64,000 nucleotides of DNA, taken from NCBI GenBank assembly GCA_964552045.1, contig CAZKFF010000001.1, positions 120 to 64,119 of the forward strand, in the 5' to 3' direction. The notes below the pieces were generated by a model. It ran no database searches. It worked only from the letters and a program-made list of their open reading frames with translations, and had not been told where the DNA came from. Position 1 is the first letter of the stretch; each line of letters opens with the position of its first letter. The position numbers and the translations under genes are program-made. This DNA is from an uncultured Candidatus Saccharibacteria bacterium (GTDB lineage: Bacteria; Patescibacteriota; Minisyncoccia; Phycocordibacterales; UBA918). This document shows positions 8,308 through 17,927 of the stretch, one piece after another.

Positions 8308-8475
8308 ATGAAGCACAAAAAAATACTCTATGTGGTATGCGCACTTTTCGCTATTTCCTGTGGCGTGTTCATGTTCGTGTACGGTGAAATGGACGACAGT
8401 CCTGGAGGACAGCTGCTCGGGCTTCTTCTGGCTATCGCTGGTATCGGTATCATCATCAAAAAGGTGAAGGGATGA
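8308..8475 (+). CDS. small two-TM membrane protein
   Basis: 55 aa, MKHKKILYVVCALFAISCGVFMFVY...LLLAIAGIGIIIKKVKG. Starts 8 nt after the stop of the HAMP protein. Confidence 0.4.
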   Translation: MKHKKILYVVCALFAISCGVFMFVYGEMDDSPGGQLLGLLLAIAGIGIIIKKVKG

Positions 8476-8507
8476 GCTTCCACACAAATCCCTCCACGCA
8501 CAGACAA

Positions 8508-9008
8508 TCAGGCTCGTTTCTTCTTTTCTAGTAACTCCTGAAGCTGTACAACCAGTTTCTGCAGCGTTTTGATCTTTTCTTCCAGAGCCTTTACATCAGT
8601 GTCAGATGCCGCTTGCGCTGCCGCCTGTTTTCCCCAGCAGGATCGTGCCGAATTCCACGGATCGGTGCCCTGCATCATGTATAAGTGTTTTGCATAAGCG
8701 AGATTCCCTCCCAGGGTGGTAATGTCGTGGCCCAGCGCTTTTGCTGCAGTATCATGCACACGCTCATATATCTGAAATACGCCGACCATGCCGCCTCCCC
8801 ATCCTCCACGGAGCGGCAATCCGTCACTTCCAAACTGGCGGAACTTTGACTCGCACTGTGCAATTGCGATCATCACCGGAATATCGCTAAAAAATGATTT
8901 CACCTCTTCTTCGGTCGAAGAAGCAAAAGTTATGTGCGGCACAAAAAATGTTCCCACGAGGAGCGCACAAAGCAGGTACAACGCACCTGCTGCAGGTATT
9001 CTTCTCAT
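8508..9008 (-). CDS. secreted lytic-transglycosylase/lysozyme-like domain protein with a C-terminal coiled coil
   Basis: Signal peptide present. AQCESKF...GMVGVFQIY resembles the SLT E-S...GLMQ core. The call is tentative. Confidence 0.4.
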   Translation of the reverse strand: MRRIPAAGALYLLCALLVGTFFVPHITFASSTEEEVKSFFSDIPVMIAIAQCESKFRQFGSDGLPLRGGWGGGMVGVFQIYERVHDTAAKALGHDITTLGGNLAYAKHLYMMQGTDPWNSARSCWGKQAAAQAASDTDVKALEEKIKTLQKLVVQLQELLEKKKRA

Positions 9009-9159
9009 CTTCCCATTTTAGCAACCTCTTCACGTGAGACAAGCTCTGCGTTTGCCTGCAATGCACGAGCTTCATCATCCCTTCATAACTCTTTCATCAC
9101 AATCTGGTGAAGTATGTGGGGTAGTCACAAAACTACACTTATTTGCTTAAATATATTAT

Positions 9160-9906
9160 ATGTCCCACACAAAAACAGTTCCTTACGCAGCAGCAGTGCT
9201 TGCAACAGTGCTAGTAGCAATGATGTCAACAACGGCATTCGCATTCCATTCGCCAGAGCATTACAGTCTTTTTGGCGAAGCAGCATATGTCTCTCCGGGT
9301 AATGCCTCCAACCGTGCTGTTGACCTCAGCTCTGATACCGACCCAGGATATGGCGGTATAGCATTCAGCGTAGAGGATGGAACCACCTTCGCAGATCTGG
9401 AGACTCTGAGCACTGATTACATGTTTGAAGCGGATGATTCGTGTGAAGGCGGTTCACCGCGTTTCCAAATTGGTCTTGAAGATGAGGACAGCGGCGACTC
9501 AGGAAACATCTTTGTCTACTTTGGTAGTGAGCCCAATTACAACGACTGCCCTTCCGGAGTCTGGACCAATACAGGTGACCTTCTTGGCTTTGGTTCGGTG
9601 GATTCGAGCCAGCTTGATGGCGGCACATTCTATGACTCATATGCAGACGCACTCGCGGCATATGGCGACTACACCGTTACCGAACTCTCGCTCGTAGTTG
9701 ATGCCGGATGGGCTGCAGAAGACGCTGAACAATCCGTGACAATAGACAACTCACAGGTCAACGATACGCTCTTCACGTATGAGATCCCGACCCCTGCTTC
9801 AAAAGATGAATGCAAGAAAGGGGGCTGGATGAACCGTGCTGACGACAACGGCAACGCGTTCAAGAATCAGGGACAGTGTGTCTCGTTTGCTGCACACCAG
9901 CAATAA
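9160..9906 (+). CDS. secreted acidic hypothetical protein
   Basis: Signal peptide MSHTKTVPYAAAVLATVLVAMMSTTAFA. Rich in D/E/G/S, with C-terminal cysteines. Confidence 0.55.
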   Translation: MSHTKTVPYAAAVLATVLVAMMSTTAFAFHSPEHYSLFGEAAYVSPGNASNRAVDLSSDTDPGYGGIAFSVEDGTTFADLETLSTDYMFEADDSCEGGSPRFQIGLEDEDSGDSGNIFVYFGSEPNYNDCPSGVWTNTGDLLGFGSVDSSQLDGGTFYDSYADALAAYGDYTVTELSLVVDAGWAAEDAEQSVTIDNSQVNDTLFTYEIPTPASKDECKKGGWMNRADDNGNAFKNQGQCVSFAAHQQ

Positions 9907-10112
9907 CAAGCCGGCAAAGACACAGAAAGAAAACCACCCCTGGGGTGGTTCTTTCTGTGTCTCATAAGGCTGCAGCTGCGTATGAAGACGAGATGAAGAC
10001 AGGATACCACTGTGTATAAAAATCCTTTATGTTGAGCCGGTTTCTTATGCAGTTCCCGGCATGTATTCTTAGGTGTACAGTCTTGTCCACTTTTATTATG
10101 ATGTGACGTACA

Positions 10113-12173
10113 GTGAAGCGATACTCTGAAAAACTCTGGCCGATCACGAACAAAGGACTACTAGCCTATATTCTCGTATTTGCAGTGTATCTTGCGGCGG
10201 CTAAGTTCTCGCTCTTTGTTTTCTTTGTTTTTGATACGAATCCAGCGCTTATCTGGCCGCCGGTCGGACTTGGCCTGGCAGCAACGATCCTCTTCGGATA
10301 CCGCATGTGGATCCCCATCTTCCTCGCTCATTTTCTTGCCTACTTTTCTGAGTTTCCTGATGCGCTCACACTCTCTGCTCTGTTCGCTGCATCGTACGCG
10401 CTCCAGGCAGTGGCCGGACGATACATATTCTTCGCGCTCGATTTCGAAAGCACCTTTGAAAAGGTGCGGAATACTATCATCTTCATCATCTGTTGCTTTT
10501 TTATAACAATGATAGAACCGACGCTCGTCACCGCCATACAGATAGCTACCGACACGCTCTGGAACAGCAGTCCGCAGATCACCTGGGCACGGTCGTGGGG
10601 GGCGGGCCTCTTCAGCGCACTCGTCTACACCCCATTCATACTGTTCTGGTTCGGGCCGTTCAAAATGGCATCCCTTTCGGTCAAAGAGCGGCTAGAAATG
10701 CTGCTCGCGTTTACGCTCCTGGTGGTTGTCAACTATACCGTCTTCTGGACAGAAGCCGCGCAGTTCCTCGGTATCTTCATCATCTTTCTTCTTCCTGCAG
10801 TGCTTATCTGGTTTGCGCTCCGCCTCCATCCCCGCTGGCTGTCTCTGGCGATCTTCATCACCTCCGTCCATGGCGTTGCGGGCATGCTGTTTACCCCATC
10901 CGGACCAGCAGAGCTCGGCGGGCAGCTTCTTTCTGCTGAGATATACATATGCCTTATTGCGGCAATCTTTTATGTGTTCGCCGCAGTGGTAGACGAACGC
11001 CGGACTGCATATAAGGAACTGCAGCATGCGTACAAGGTCACATCTGAATCAGACAAAGCAAAAAACGAATTCATCGCCATACTCGCGCACGAATTACGCA
11101 ATCCGCTTGCACCGATCATCAGCTCGCTCGAGTTTTTGAAGCACAAACAGCAGGATGCGGAAACCCATGAAGTGCTTGAGAACGTCAGCCAGCATGCGCT
11201 CATGATACGCCGACTTCTTGATGACCTGCTCGACCTCGCGCGACTGTCGCAGAACAAGATAAAGCTCCGCAAAGAGAATGTGTCAGCCTCAAAGATCGTC
11301 CAGGAATCGCTTGAAAGCATTGTCCATCATGCAAAGGAACGAAACCTGAATATCGTCCAGAAGAGCCCGAAAGAGGACATACTATTCTTCGCCGATCCTG
11401 TGCGCATGAAACAAGTGATCATTAATCTGCTCCATAATGCGTGCAAATATACCAATCCCGGAGGTACGATCACGCTCGGCTACGGGGTTGCAGACGGTAA
11501 TTTCTTTGTGAGGATCGACGACACGGGAATCGGCATGGCCCCTGAACTCATTGCCCACATCTTTGAGCCGTTCCGGCAGCTTGCTGATGGTTCTAACTAC
11601 GGGACAGGTCTCGGGATCGGGCTCTTCCTCACACTGAAGCTTGTCGAGATACACGAGGGCCGCATTGACGTGTACAGCGAGGGTCCAGGGAAAGGAAGTT
11701 CCTTCACCATACGCATCCCCATGCCCGTCTCCCTCCAGGAAAAGGTCAAGGAAACAGAGACGGAAATCACCAAACAGGTTGTCGAAAGCCCCGCCGAATC
11801 CGCTCAGAAGCAGCGTATTCTCATCGTGGATGACAATGAGGCTGCCGCAAACATCCTTCAGAAACTATTGAAACTGAACAAGTACGCAACTGCAGTTGCG
11901 TACTCAGGCAGGCAGGCGCTTGACCTGCTTCCCACATTTGCTCCGCATGTCATATTCCTCGATATCGGTATGCCTGACATGGACGGTTATCAAACAGCGC
12001 AGAAAATACGTGAACACGCCTGGAGCGGCACCATTGTCGCTTTGAGCGGATACGGACAGGAGTCCGACAAAGAGAAAACCCGCGCAGCAGGATTTGACCA
12101 TCACCTGGTGAAACCGGTCGGTATCGAGGATATCGAGATGATTCTCGCACGCATCCGTACCGCAGAGACATAG
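10113..12173 (+). CDS. hybrid sensor histidine kinase / response regulator (polytopic N-terminal sensor, HisKA, HATPase, C-terminal receiver)
   Basis: HisKA H-box FIAILAHELRNPLAPI. ATPase G-boxes DDTGIGM and GTGLGIGL. Receiver RILIVDDNEAAANIL...LDIGMPDMDGY. Confidence 0.85.
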   Translation: MKRYSEKLWPITNKGLLAYILVFAVYLAAAKFSLFVFFVFDTNPALIWPPVGLGLAATILFGYRMWIPIFLAHFLAYFSEFPDALTLSALFAASYALQAVAGRYIFFALDFESTFEKVRNTIIFIICCFFITMIEPTLVTAIQIATDTLWNSSPQITWARSWGAGLFSALVYTPFILFWFGPFKMASLSVKERLEMLLAFTLLVVVNYTVFWTEAAQFLGIFIIFLLPAVLIWFALRLHPRWLSLAIFITSVHGVAGMLFTPSGPAELGGQLLSAEIYICLIAAIFYVFAAVVDERRTAYKELQHAYKVTSESDKAKNEFIAILAHELRNPLAPIISSLEFLKHKQQDAETHEVLENVSQHALMIRRLLDDLLDLARLSQNKIKLRKENVSASKIVQESLESIVHHAKERNLNIVQKSPKEDILFFADPVRMKQVIINLLHNACKYTNPGGTITLGYGVADGNFFVRIDDTGIGMAPELIAHIFEPFRQLADGSNYGTGLGIGLFLTLKLVEIHEGRIDVYSEGPGKGSSFTIRIPMPVSLQEKVKETETEITKQVVESPAESAQKQRILIVDDNEAAANILQKLLKLNKYATAVAYSGRQALDLLPTFAPHVIFLDIGMPDMDGYQTAQKIREHAWSGTIVALSGYGQESDKEKTRAAGFDHHLVKPVGIEDIEMILARIRTAET

Positions 12174-12227
12174 GACACATCATCTCTTCATGTACTTCAT
12201 ATATGCTCTGTATGGAGTTCTTTAACC

Positions 12228-12791
12228 ATGAGGTATGACATGCCTTCCAAAACACGGCCAAAGCCTGCCTTCGCCTCACTTGCAGAAGCGGCAGAAGCAC
12301 AGAAGCGCATCGGGACATTGTTGCGGCAGATACACGCATGTGAAGATCAGTTTGAAAAGGAACGGGAAGTCATAGACAAGAAGGAAGACGACGCCATCCG
12401 TCCACTGCAGGCAGAAGCGCTGGAGCTCGGCAAACAGGTCTATGCGTTCGCCGTACAGCACAAAACCGAGCTTACCGACGGCGGCACACACAAGACCGTG
12501 AAACTTCCGATGCGCGCCGGCTCCTTCGCATGGTACACCACCCCTCCGGCGATCACGATCGAGAACGCACAGGAGGTGCTGCAGCGCATCAAGGAACTCG
12601 GCCTGCTGCGGTTCGTCAGGACCAAAGAGGAAGTGAACAGAGAGGCACTCCTCCAGGAACACACAATCGCCTCCACGATCGCGGGCGTGACAGTGTCCCG
12701 GCAGGACAAGTTCGCCATAAAACCAACCGGCGTCAAAGTACGACTTGAGTGCAATACGAAGACCAAGCGCTGGAAGATCGCCCTCCCGTAA
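12228..12791 (+). CDS. phage Mu Gam-like DNA-end-binding protein (Ku-like host-nuclease inhibitor family)
   Basis: From memory, ELTDGGTHKTVKL...LGLLRFVRTKEEVNREALLQE...IAGVTV aligns residue-for-residue with Mu Gam (ELTNGGKVKTANL...LGLQRFIRTKQEINKEAILLEP...VAGITV). Confidence 0.75.
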   Translation: MRYDMPSKTRPKPAFASLAEAAEAQKRIGTLLRQIHACEDQFEKEREVIDKKEDDAIRPLQAEALELGKQVYAFAVQHKTELTDGGTHKTVKLPMRAGSFAWYTTPPAITIENAQEVLQRIKELGLLRFVRTKEEVNREALLQEHTIASTIAGVTVSRQDKFAIKPTGVKVRLECNTKTKRWKIALP

Positions 12792-12827
12792 TATACTTTC
12801 TCTGGAGCCGCCTTCAGGCGGCTCCTT

Positions 12828-13031
12828 TTATTTGTGCTTCTTCTGTGGCAAGCCCGTGCGCTTTGTACTCGCCAATTCATGAAGCTCTTTTTTTGTCATT
12901 GATTCATACATTCCTTTGGATGCGCCCTTCAGCTCGCTTTTCTTTGTCTCACCCCTTTTTGCCGAAAGCGCAGCGCCTGCTGCCATCTGCTGCTTCTTTG
13001 ATTTTGCTGGCATAGTATTATCTTTATCCAT
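12828..13031 (-). CDS. small basic conserved hypothetical protein
   Basis: 67 aa, Lys-rich. Followed on the opposite side by a plausible terminator hairpin at about 12795-12822 (ggagccgccttcaggcggctcc). Confidence 0.4.
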   Translation of the reverse strand: MDKDNTMPAKSKKQQMAAGAALSAKRGETKKSELKGASKGMYESMTKKELHELASTKRTGLPQKKHK

Positions 13032-13875
13032 TAATTACCTCTCCCCCGTTGACATGAATGGTCTGTCCGGTGATGTACGTCGCGTCCCGTGACGCCAGAA
13101 AAATAATTGCGGGGGCAACCTCGTCCGGCTGGCCCGGACGTTTCATAGGCACCTGCTGCCCGAAGCTCGCCACCTTTTCCGGCGGAAATGTCGAGGGTAT
13201 CAACGGCGTCCAGATGGGTCCGGGCGCCACCGCATTGACACGCACATTTTTCTTGATGAGATTGCGCGACAGCGATCGGGTGAATGCCACAATAGCGCCT
13301 TTGGTGGAAGAATAATCCAAGAGCTGTGGACTGCCTGCATACGCAGTGATCGATGCGATATTGATGATCGATGAACCGCCTTCCATATGCGGAACAGCAG
13401 CCTGCGTCATATAGAACATGGAAAATATATTGGTGGCGAAGGTCTGCTGTAACTGCTCCTCCGTAATATCTTCTATGTTCTTTTGGGGATGTTGTTCCGC
13501 AGCATTGTTGCATAGAACATCAATACGCCCGAAGAGGCCCATAGTTTCTGTCACCACCCGAACACACTCCTCCTTCTTGCTGATGTCGGCTGATATCGAT
13601 AAGACTTCGCTGTCCGTTTCTTCGATCAGCTGGCGGGTCTTTTGTGCATCCTCGTGTTCATTCAAATAGACAATGACAACCTTCGCCCCTTCCTTGGCAA
13701 ACCCTATCGCCGTTGCTTTGCCTATGCCGCTGTCACCGCCGGTTATGATCGCCACCTTACCTTCGAACTTTCCTGCGCTGCGATAATCGCGCATCTCATC
13801 CTGCGGCTTTGGCTCCATCGGTTGTGTCCGTCCCGGCTGGACGTTTTGATGCTGCATTGGAAGGGTGTTATTCAT
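13024..13875 (-). CDS. short-chain dehydrogenase/reductase, general-stress-protein-39 (YdaD/YhdF)-like
   Basis: GKVAIITGGDSGIGKA Rossmann motif, NNAA, and the catalytic YSSTK. The N-terminal extension is typical of the YdaD family. Confidence 0.8.
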   Translation of the reverse strand: MNNTLPMQHQNVQPGRTQPMEPKPQDEMRDYRSAGKFEGKVAIITGGDSGIGKATAIGFAKEGAKVVIVYLNEHEDAQKTRQLIEETDSEVLSISADISKKEECVRVVTETMGLFGRIDVLCNNAAEQHPQKNIEDITEEQLQQTFATNIFSMFYMTQAAVPHMEGGSSIINIASITAYAGSPQLLDYSSTKGAIVAFTRSLSRNLIKKNVRVNAVAPGPIWTPLIPSTFPPEKVASFGQQVPMKRPGQPDEVAPAIIFLASRDATYITGQTIHVNGGEVING

Positions 13876-13977
13876 GAAATTTATTCTAAAAAACTCCTAT
13901 GAAGAAGACATGAATGGCACACGCAAACGTTCAGCTTGCACTGAGAGAGAAAAACGAGATAATATGCGCAACTAAAA

Positions 13978-14586
13978 ATGATCACACAAAAAAGAACTCG
14001 CAGAGCTTCCGCACAGAAGCATTCCGTGCAGGTTCCGGAACAGAAGAGCCTTCCATTATTCATACACGCACCGGCACGTTCGGTACAATATTTCGGCGTA
14101 GTCAACTATGCAACCACCGAGCGCGTCATTGAAGAGATTGCCGGCCTTGTTACAGAATCACCCTATGAGGAGATATACCTCTCGGTTACGTCTGCGGGCG
14201 GTCCGACCGGCACTGCCATGAGCTTTTACGACCACATGCAGTATGTGCTCAAGCCAAATCTGGTCACCATCGGTTCAGGTGATGTGGATTCTTCGGGTAT
14301 CATCATATTCTTATCCGGCAATAAGCGATTCATCACCAAGAACACCACGCTGCTGCTTCATCGCGCAGGACGGGTCTTTGACGAGGGTAAGCGGCTGACT
14401 GCGGCGGAGCTTGAGGCAATGTACCGTGAGGATTACCTTAAGGACTTTCAGTACGCTTCAGTGCTTGCTGAACGGTCGAATGGAAGGCTTACTGCGCAGA
14501 AAGCACTGCAGCTGATGGACAACAATGTCATTCTCACGCCGGTTGAAATGATCTCATACGGACTTGCGGACTCTATTCTGGAGTAA
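13978..14586 (+). CDS. ClpP/S14-family serine-protease-like protein
   Basis: Collinear with ClpP: SAGGPTGTAMSFYDHMQ, TIGSGDVDSSG (Ser), LLLHRAG (His), and a C-terminal ISYGLADSIL matching ClpP AVEYGLVDSIL. The start codon is uncertain. Confidence 0.55.
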   Translation: MITQKRTRRASAQKHSVQVPEQKSLPLFIHAPARSVQYFGVVNYATTERVIEEIAGLVTESPYEEIYLSVTSAGGPTGTAMSFYDHMQYVLKPNLVTIGSGDVDSSGIIIFLSGNKRFITKNTTLLLHRAGRVFDEGKRLTAAELEAMYREDYLKDFQYASVLAERSNGRLTAQKALQLMDNNVILTPVEMISYGLADSILE

Positions 14587-14687
14587 CAGCAATTAGCTCG
14601 TCACGTTTTAATCAGAGCTTCATGCCCACCGAGTACAGTTGATGTATGGTCGAATTTTAAAAGATCAACCATAACAAACACAATTGT

Positions 14688-14876
14688 ATGGCAGACAATA
14701 ATACGGACAAGCGCGGTTTCGCTTCAATGGATGCTGAAAAGCAGCGTGAAATTGCAAGCAAGGGCGGCAAAGCCGCTCATGAAAAAGGGACAGCGCATGA
14801 GTTCGACTCAGCAGAGGCTCGCGAAGCGGGCCGCAAAGGTGGACAAGCTCGTGGCGGCGGCAACAATAATGAATAA
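14688..14876 (+). CDS. KGG-repeat stress-induced protein (YciG/GsiB-like)
   Basis: SKGGKAAHEKGTAHEFDSAEAREAGRKGG matches the KGG motif family. Confidence 0.8.
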   Translation: MADNNTDKRGFASMDAEKQREIASKGGKAAHEKGTAHEFDSAEAREAGRKGGQARGGGNNNE

Positions 14877-14955
14877 TAATGCTCTCTAATACCACATCTA
14901 CGTTTCCCCCCACAAAAATGGACTCCGTTCCCGCGGAGTCCATTTTGTAATGAAA

Positions 14956-15966
14956 TTACCAGGCATCAATAGAACTCATGCATGCATCACGGCGTTCGGC
15001 ATTGAGTGACTCACACAGAAGTATATATGCATTCCGATCTTCCTCTCCGCGTCCAATGAACTGCCAACTTGCGCCTTCCCGACACAAGGCCTGTGCGTGT
15101 TCGTGCGGCATGGTATTACACTCTTTAATGACCACATCGTACGCATAGCGGGACTGCTCGGTTATCGTGTTCCCGATTCCTTGGAAGCAGGCATTGGAAT
15201 TGGCCGTACCCACAGAAAGCTCCGCACAGAGCTCTCCCATCCTCTTATAGTCATTGCTCAAATGCCTCGCCCACCATTGTGGCTGCTCCTGAAAGCAGGA
15301 AGCCTGGAACTGTTCCGGCAGGCTTATGCACGGTAGATACATGTTTTCTCCCAACGGACGGTAATAATCTTCGGAAGGCTCCTCCATAGTGTGAAAATTA
15401 TATTCCATAAATACCCCGCCGGTGCATCCGCCGGTTGGTTTTGCTGAAATGGTCGTGCACCAGGTAAGTGCATCGAGAAGATTCTCATAACCAGTGTAGA
15501 CCAACAAACCATGCCCCAAGCCATGCTGACAGCGGGTATCTACCGATCCATACTTTTCCTTGCAGGCAGCATCAAGTTCAGGGAGTATCTCGATCCCCTT
15601 GGCATAAATGGCTGCGTTAAAAAAGCCATGGTAGCATCCGAAACCAAAGGAACCGTCGCACTCTCCGAGCCCTTTCATATCGTATTCCTCATACAGCAAC
15701 TCCCCGAGCATGTGCATGAGTGTATGCGTCTGCGTACCCCGCTGTGTTATTTCTTCGATGATACGGCCATAGACATCCTGCGGTTCGTGCTGCTTAAAAA
15801 GCTCTCGCCATGCTTCTTTCTGCTGCAGCAACACCTCATTGGGCGAGAGTGCACGCACCTCGATGTTTCTGCTCTCTGCTGCATCCCACTGCGCGTATGC
15901 AGCAAACCCGAGAAGCGCTACGCCGATTGCACACAGTGTAACTGTATATGTATGTGCTTTTTTCAT
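14956..15966 (-). CDS. secreted Cys/His-rich hypothetical protein
   Basis: Start moved to MKKAHTYTV..., a signal-anchor 2 nt downstream of the upstream gene's stop. Contains many Cys plus HGLGHG and CYHGF motifs. Confidence 0.55.
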   Translation of the reverse strand: MKKAHTYTVTLCAIGVALLGFAAYAQWDAAESRNIEVRALSPNEVLLQQKEAWRELFKQHEPQDVYGRIIEEITQRGTQTHTLMHMLGELLYEEYDMKGLGECDGSFGFGCYHGFFNAAIYAKGIEILPELDAACKEKYGSVDTRCQHGLGHGLLVYTGYENLLDALTWCTTISAKPTGGCTGGVFMEYNFHTMEEPSEDYYRPLGENMYLPCISLPEQFQASCFQEQPQWWARHLSNDYKRMGELCAELSVGTANSNACFQGIGNTITEQSRYAYDVVIKECNTMPHEHAQALCREGASWQFIGRGEEDRNAYILLCESLNAERRDACMSSIDAW

Positions 15967-15968
15967 AC

Positions 15969-16661
15969 TTATTGGCTTTGTTGCAGGCACGCAGACAGCT
16001 GTGCTGTCTGCGTCCATCCGCATTCTCCCCCTTGCTGGCGTTCGCAGACAGCATCCTGATAGCATGCGTACGCTTCTCGGTATTCGCAGGTCGAGGCCAG
16101 GTCTGGATCGTCACTGCACAGTTGGGCCGAGCAGCCACCGACATAACACGCTCCCGCAGTTGGATCTTCAGCAGGTTCAGTCTCAGCACCAGACCGCTTC
16201 ACCACTTCGAACTCAAACACGTACTCGTCTTGTTCTATGGTCCTCGTGGATATGCTTTTCGGGTCCACACCCGTGAATGTAATTCGCTCTGCTTCGGTTG
16301 TAAGGATATCTCCGAGCGCCAGCGTATCTGTACTTGTCCCTAATCCGGACACAGTCTGCAGCACAACCCGGACGGTTCCTGCCTGAATGCACTGCACATC
16401 ACTCGGGCATCTGCTGTCCTCGGTTATTTCGAGCACCGTGATGTGAACCCCTTCAAAGGCTGCTGTTCCCCCCACAGACAGCTGCACATCTCCATATGGC
16501 AGCAGTTGAAGCGTATCGGTCTGCGTGGCCGGATCAGGGTGCATTTTTCCCCCGTCCTGCAGGGGCGCATTTTCATTGGAATTCCAACGAACAAACACTG
16601 CTGCGGTAACGCACAGTATGCACAGTACCGCAAGGAGGATGGCCAGCACGTCCTTTTGCAT
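15969..16661 (-). CDS. membrane-anchored hypothetical protein with a Cys-rich C-terminal domain
   Basis: N-terminal TM segment. C-terminal ACYVGGCSAQLCSDD...CEYREAYACYQDAVCERQQGGECGW carries eight cysteines. Confidence 0.55.
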   Translation of the reverse strand: MQKDVLAILLAVLCILCVTAAVFVRWNSNENAPLQDGGKMHPDPATQTDTLQLLPYGDVQLSVGGTAAFEGVHITVLEITEDSRCPSDVQCIQAGTVRVVLQTVSGLGTSTDTLALGDILTTEAERITFTGVDPKSISTRTIEQDEYVFEFEVVKRSGAETEPAEDPTAGACYVGGCSAQLCSDDPDLASTCEYREAYACYQDAVCERQQGGECGWTQTAQLSACLQQSQ

Positions 16662-16681
16662 ATGCCGTCAGTATAGCATCA

Positions 16682-17455
16682 TTACTCTTCCTGCAGCCTG
16701 TTTGCATGCAAGATCGTCCCTGTGACCGCTTCGCGTTCGCCGTGTATGAATGAGAGGACCAATGCTGCAGCCTCATCGGGTGTGCGTATCTTCCCGGCTT
16801 TGGGATCGCTTTCGATCAGAGTTCGTATCTCATCGGTGATCCATCCGGTGTCCGTGGGTCCAGGATCGACCGCATTGATGGTGATGCCCAGAGTGCGCAG
16901 CTCGAGTTCGAGCTGAAGTGTCAGCATTTCAAGCCCCGCTTTGGTTATCGCATACGGCAACTCCCCTTCCATGATCCCCAATGACTGCCCCGATGTGAGA
17001 TTCACGATCCGCCCTCCAGTCTCCTTCCTGAAGTGCTGTACGAACTCCCGGCACAGAAGCACTGCTGCGCGAACATTCACGGCATAGTGCGCATCAAGCA
17101 GGGCTGCATCCACATCCATAAATGACTGACGAGTGGACACACATGCGTTGTTGATGAGCATGTCCGGTGTGCCGAAAGTGCGGACAACTTCTCGCATAAG
17201 CTGTGCGGGTGTTTCACTATCGCTTAAGTCCGCCTCGAATGCTGCAGCTTGTCCACCGCATTTCTGAAACTCTGCGGCGAACGCAACCGGATCCTCCTGA
17301 CTTCCCTGCAGATTCCCTCCCTCGTCATACGCCCGCCAATAGGTATAAAAAATGGACGCCCCTTTTTTCGCAAGAGCCGTACAGACCGCGTATCCAATGC
17401 CGGACCTGCGTCCAACACCGGTTACAAGCGCCACTTTTCCGTCCAATGCTTTCAT
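16682..17455 (-). CDS. short-chain dehydrogenase/reductase family oxidoreductase
   Basis: GKVALVTGVGRRSGIGYA and YAITKAG motifs. Start moved to MKALDGKV. Confidence 0.75.
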   Translation of the reverse strand: MKALDGKVALVTGVGRRSGIGYAVCTALAKKGASIFYTYWRAYDEGGNLQGSQEDPVAFAAEFQKCGGQAAAFEADLSDSETPAQLMREVVRTFGTPDMLINNACVSTRQSFMDVDAALLDAHYAVNVRAAVLLCREFVQHFRKETGGRIVNLTSGQSLGIMEGELPYAITKAGLEMLTLQLELELRTLGITINAVDPGPTDTGWITDEIRTLIESDPKAGKIRTPDEAAALVLSFIHGEREAVTGTILHANRLQEE

Positions 17456-17535
17456 ATCCCGATTATACAGACTTTTGGAGAAGCGCCTAGACACTGTTAC
17501 TGTTGTGTTCTAAGCTAGAGCATAAGGAGGAACAC

Positions 17536-17814
17536 ATGGGACAGATGCTGCACTGCGATAGTTCCGTCCTTCGTGGAGAAATGATCTTCGAGGACAGGGC
17601 GCATTTCTATCCGCCCCATCTGCTTGAAGCCTGGAAGAAAAAGCTTCAAGAACGTACCTGCCAAGCCGTTGAATGGCAATACGTCGATGGCAGGTTCGTC
17701 CAGCTGTACACTACTGGCGATCCTGACACGGTCACCGACGAAATGCGCTGCGGAGGGCTCGACATCGAGACATTCGCACGCACATACTTTGCTTCACAGC
17801 AAAAGCCGCCGTAG
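17536..17814 (+). CDS. hypothetical protein
   Basis: AAGGAGG ribosome-binding site 6 nt before the ATG at 17536. Ends just before an intrinsic terminator. Confidence 0.4.
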   Translation: MGQMLHCDSSVLRGEMIFEDRAHFYPPHLLEAWKKKLQERTCQAVEWQYVDGRFVQLYTTGDPDTVTDEMRCGGLDIETFARTYFASQQKPP

Positions 17815-17828
17815 GCGGCTTTTTTTTG
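17800..17828 (+). terminator. rho-independent terminator (aaaagccgccgtaggcggcttttttttgg)
   Basis: 7-bp GC stem followed by 8 T. Confidence 0.7.
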
Positions 17829-17927
17829 GGCGTGTCCAGGTCATAGCTGTTTCTTCATGGAGTCTTCATAAAAACTTCATACACTCGGGTGTCTGGCTCA
17901 ACAGATATATTGTACTATTAAGCAATT

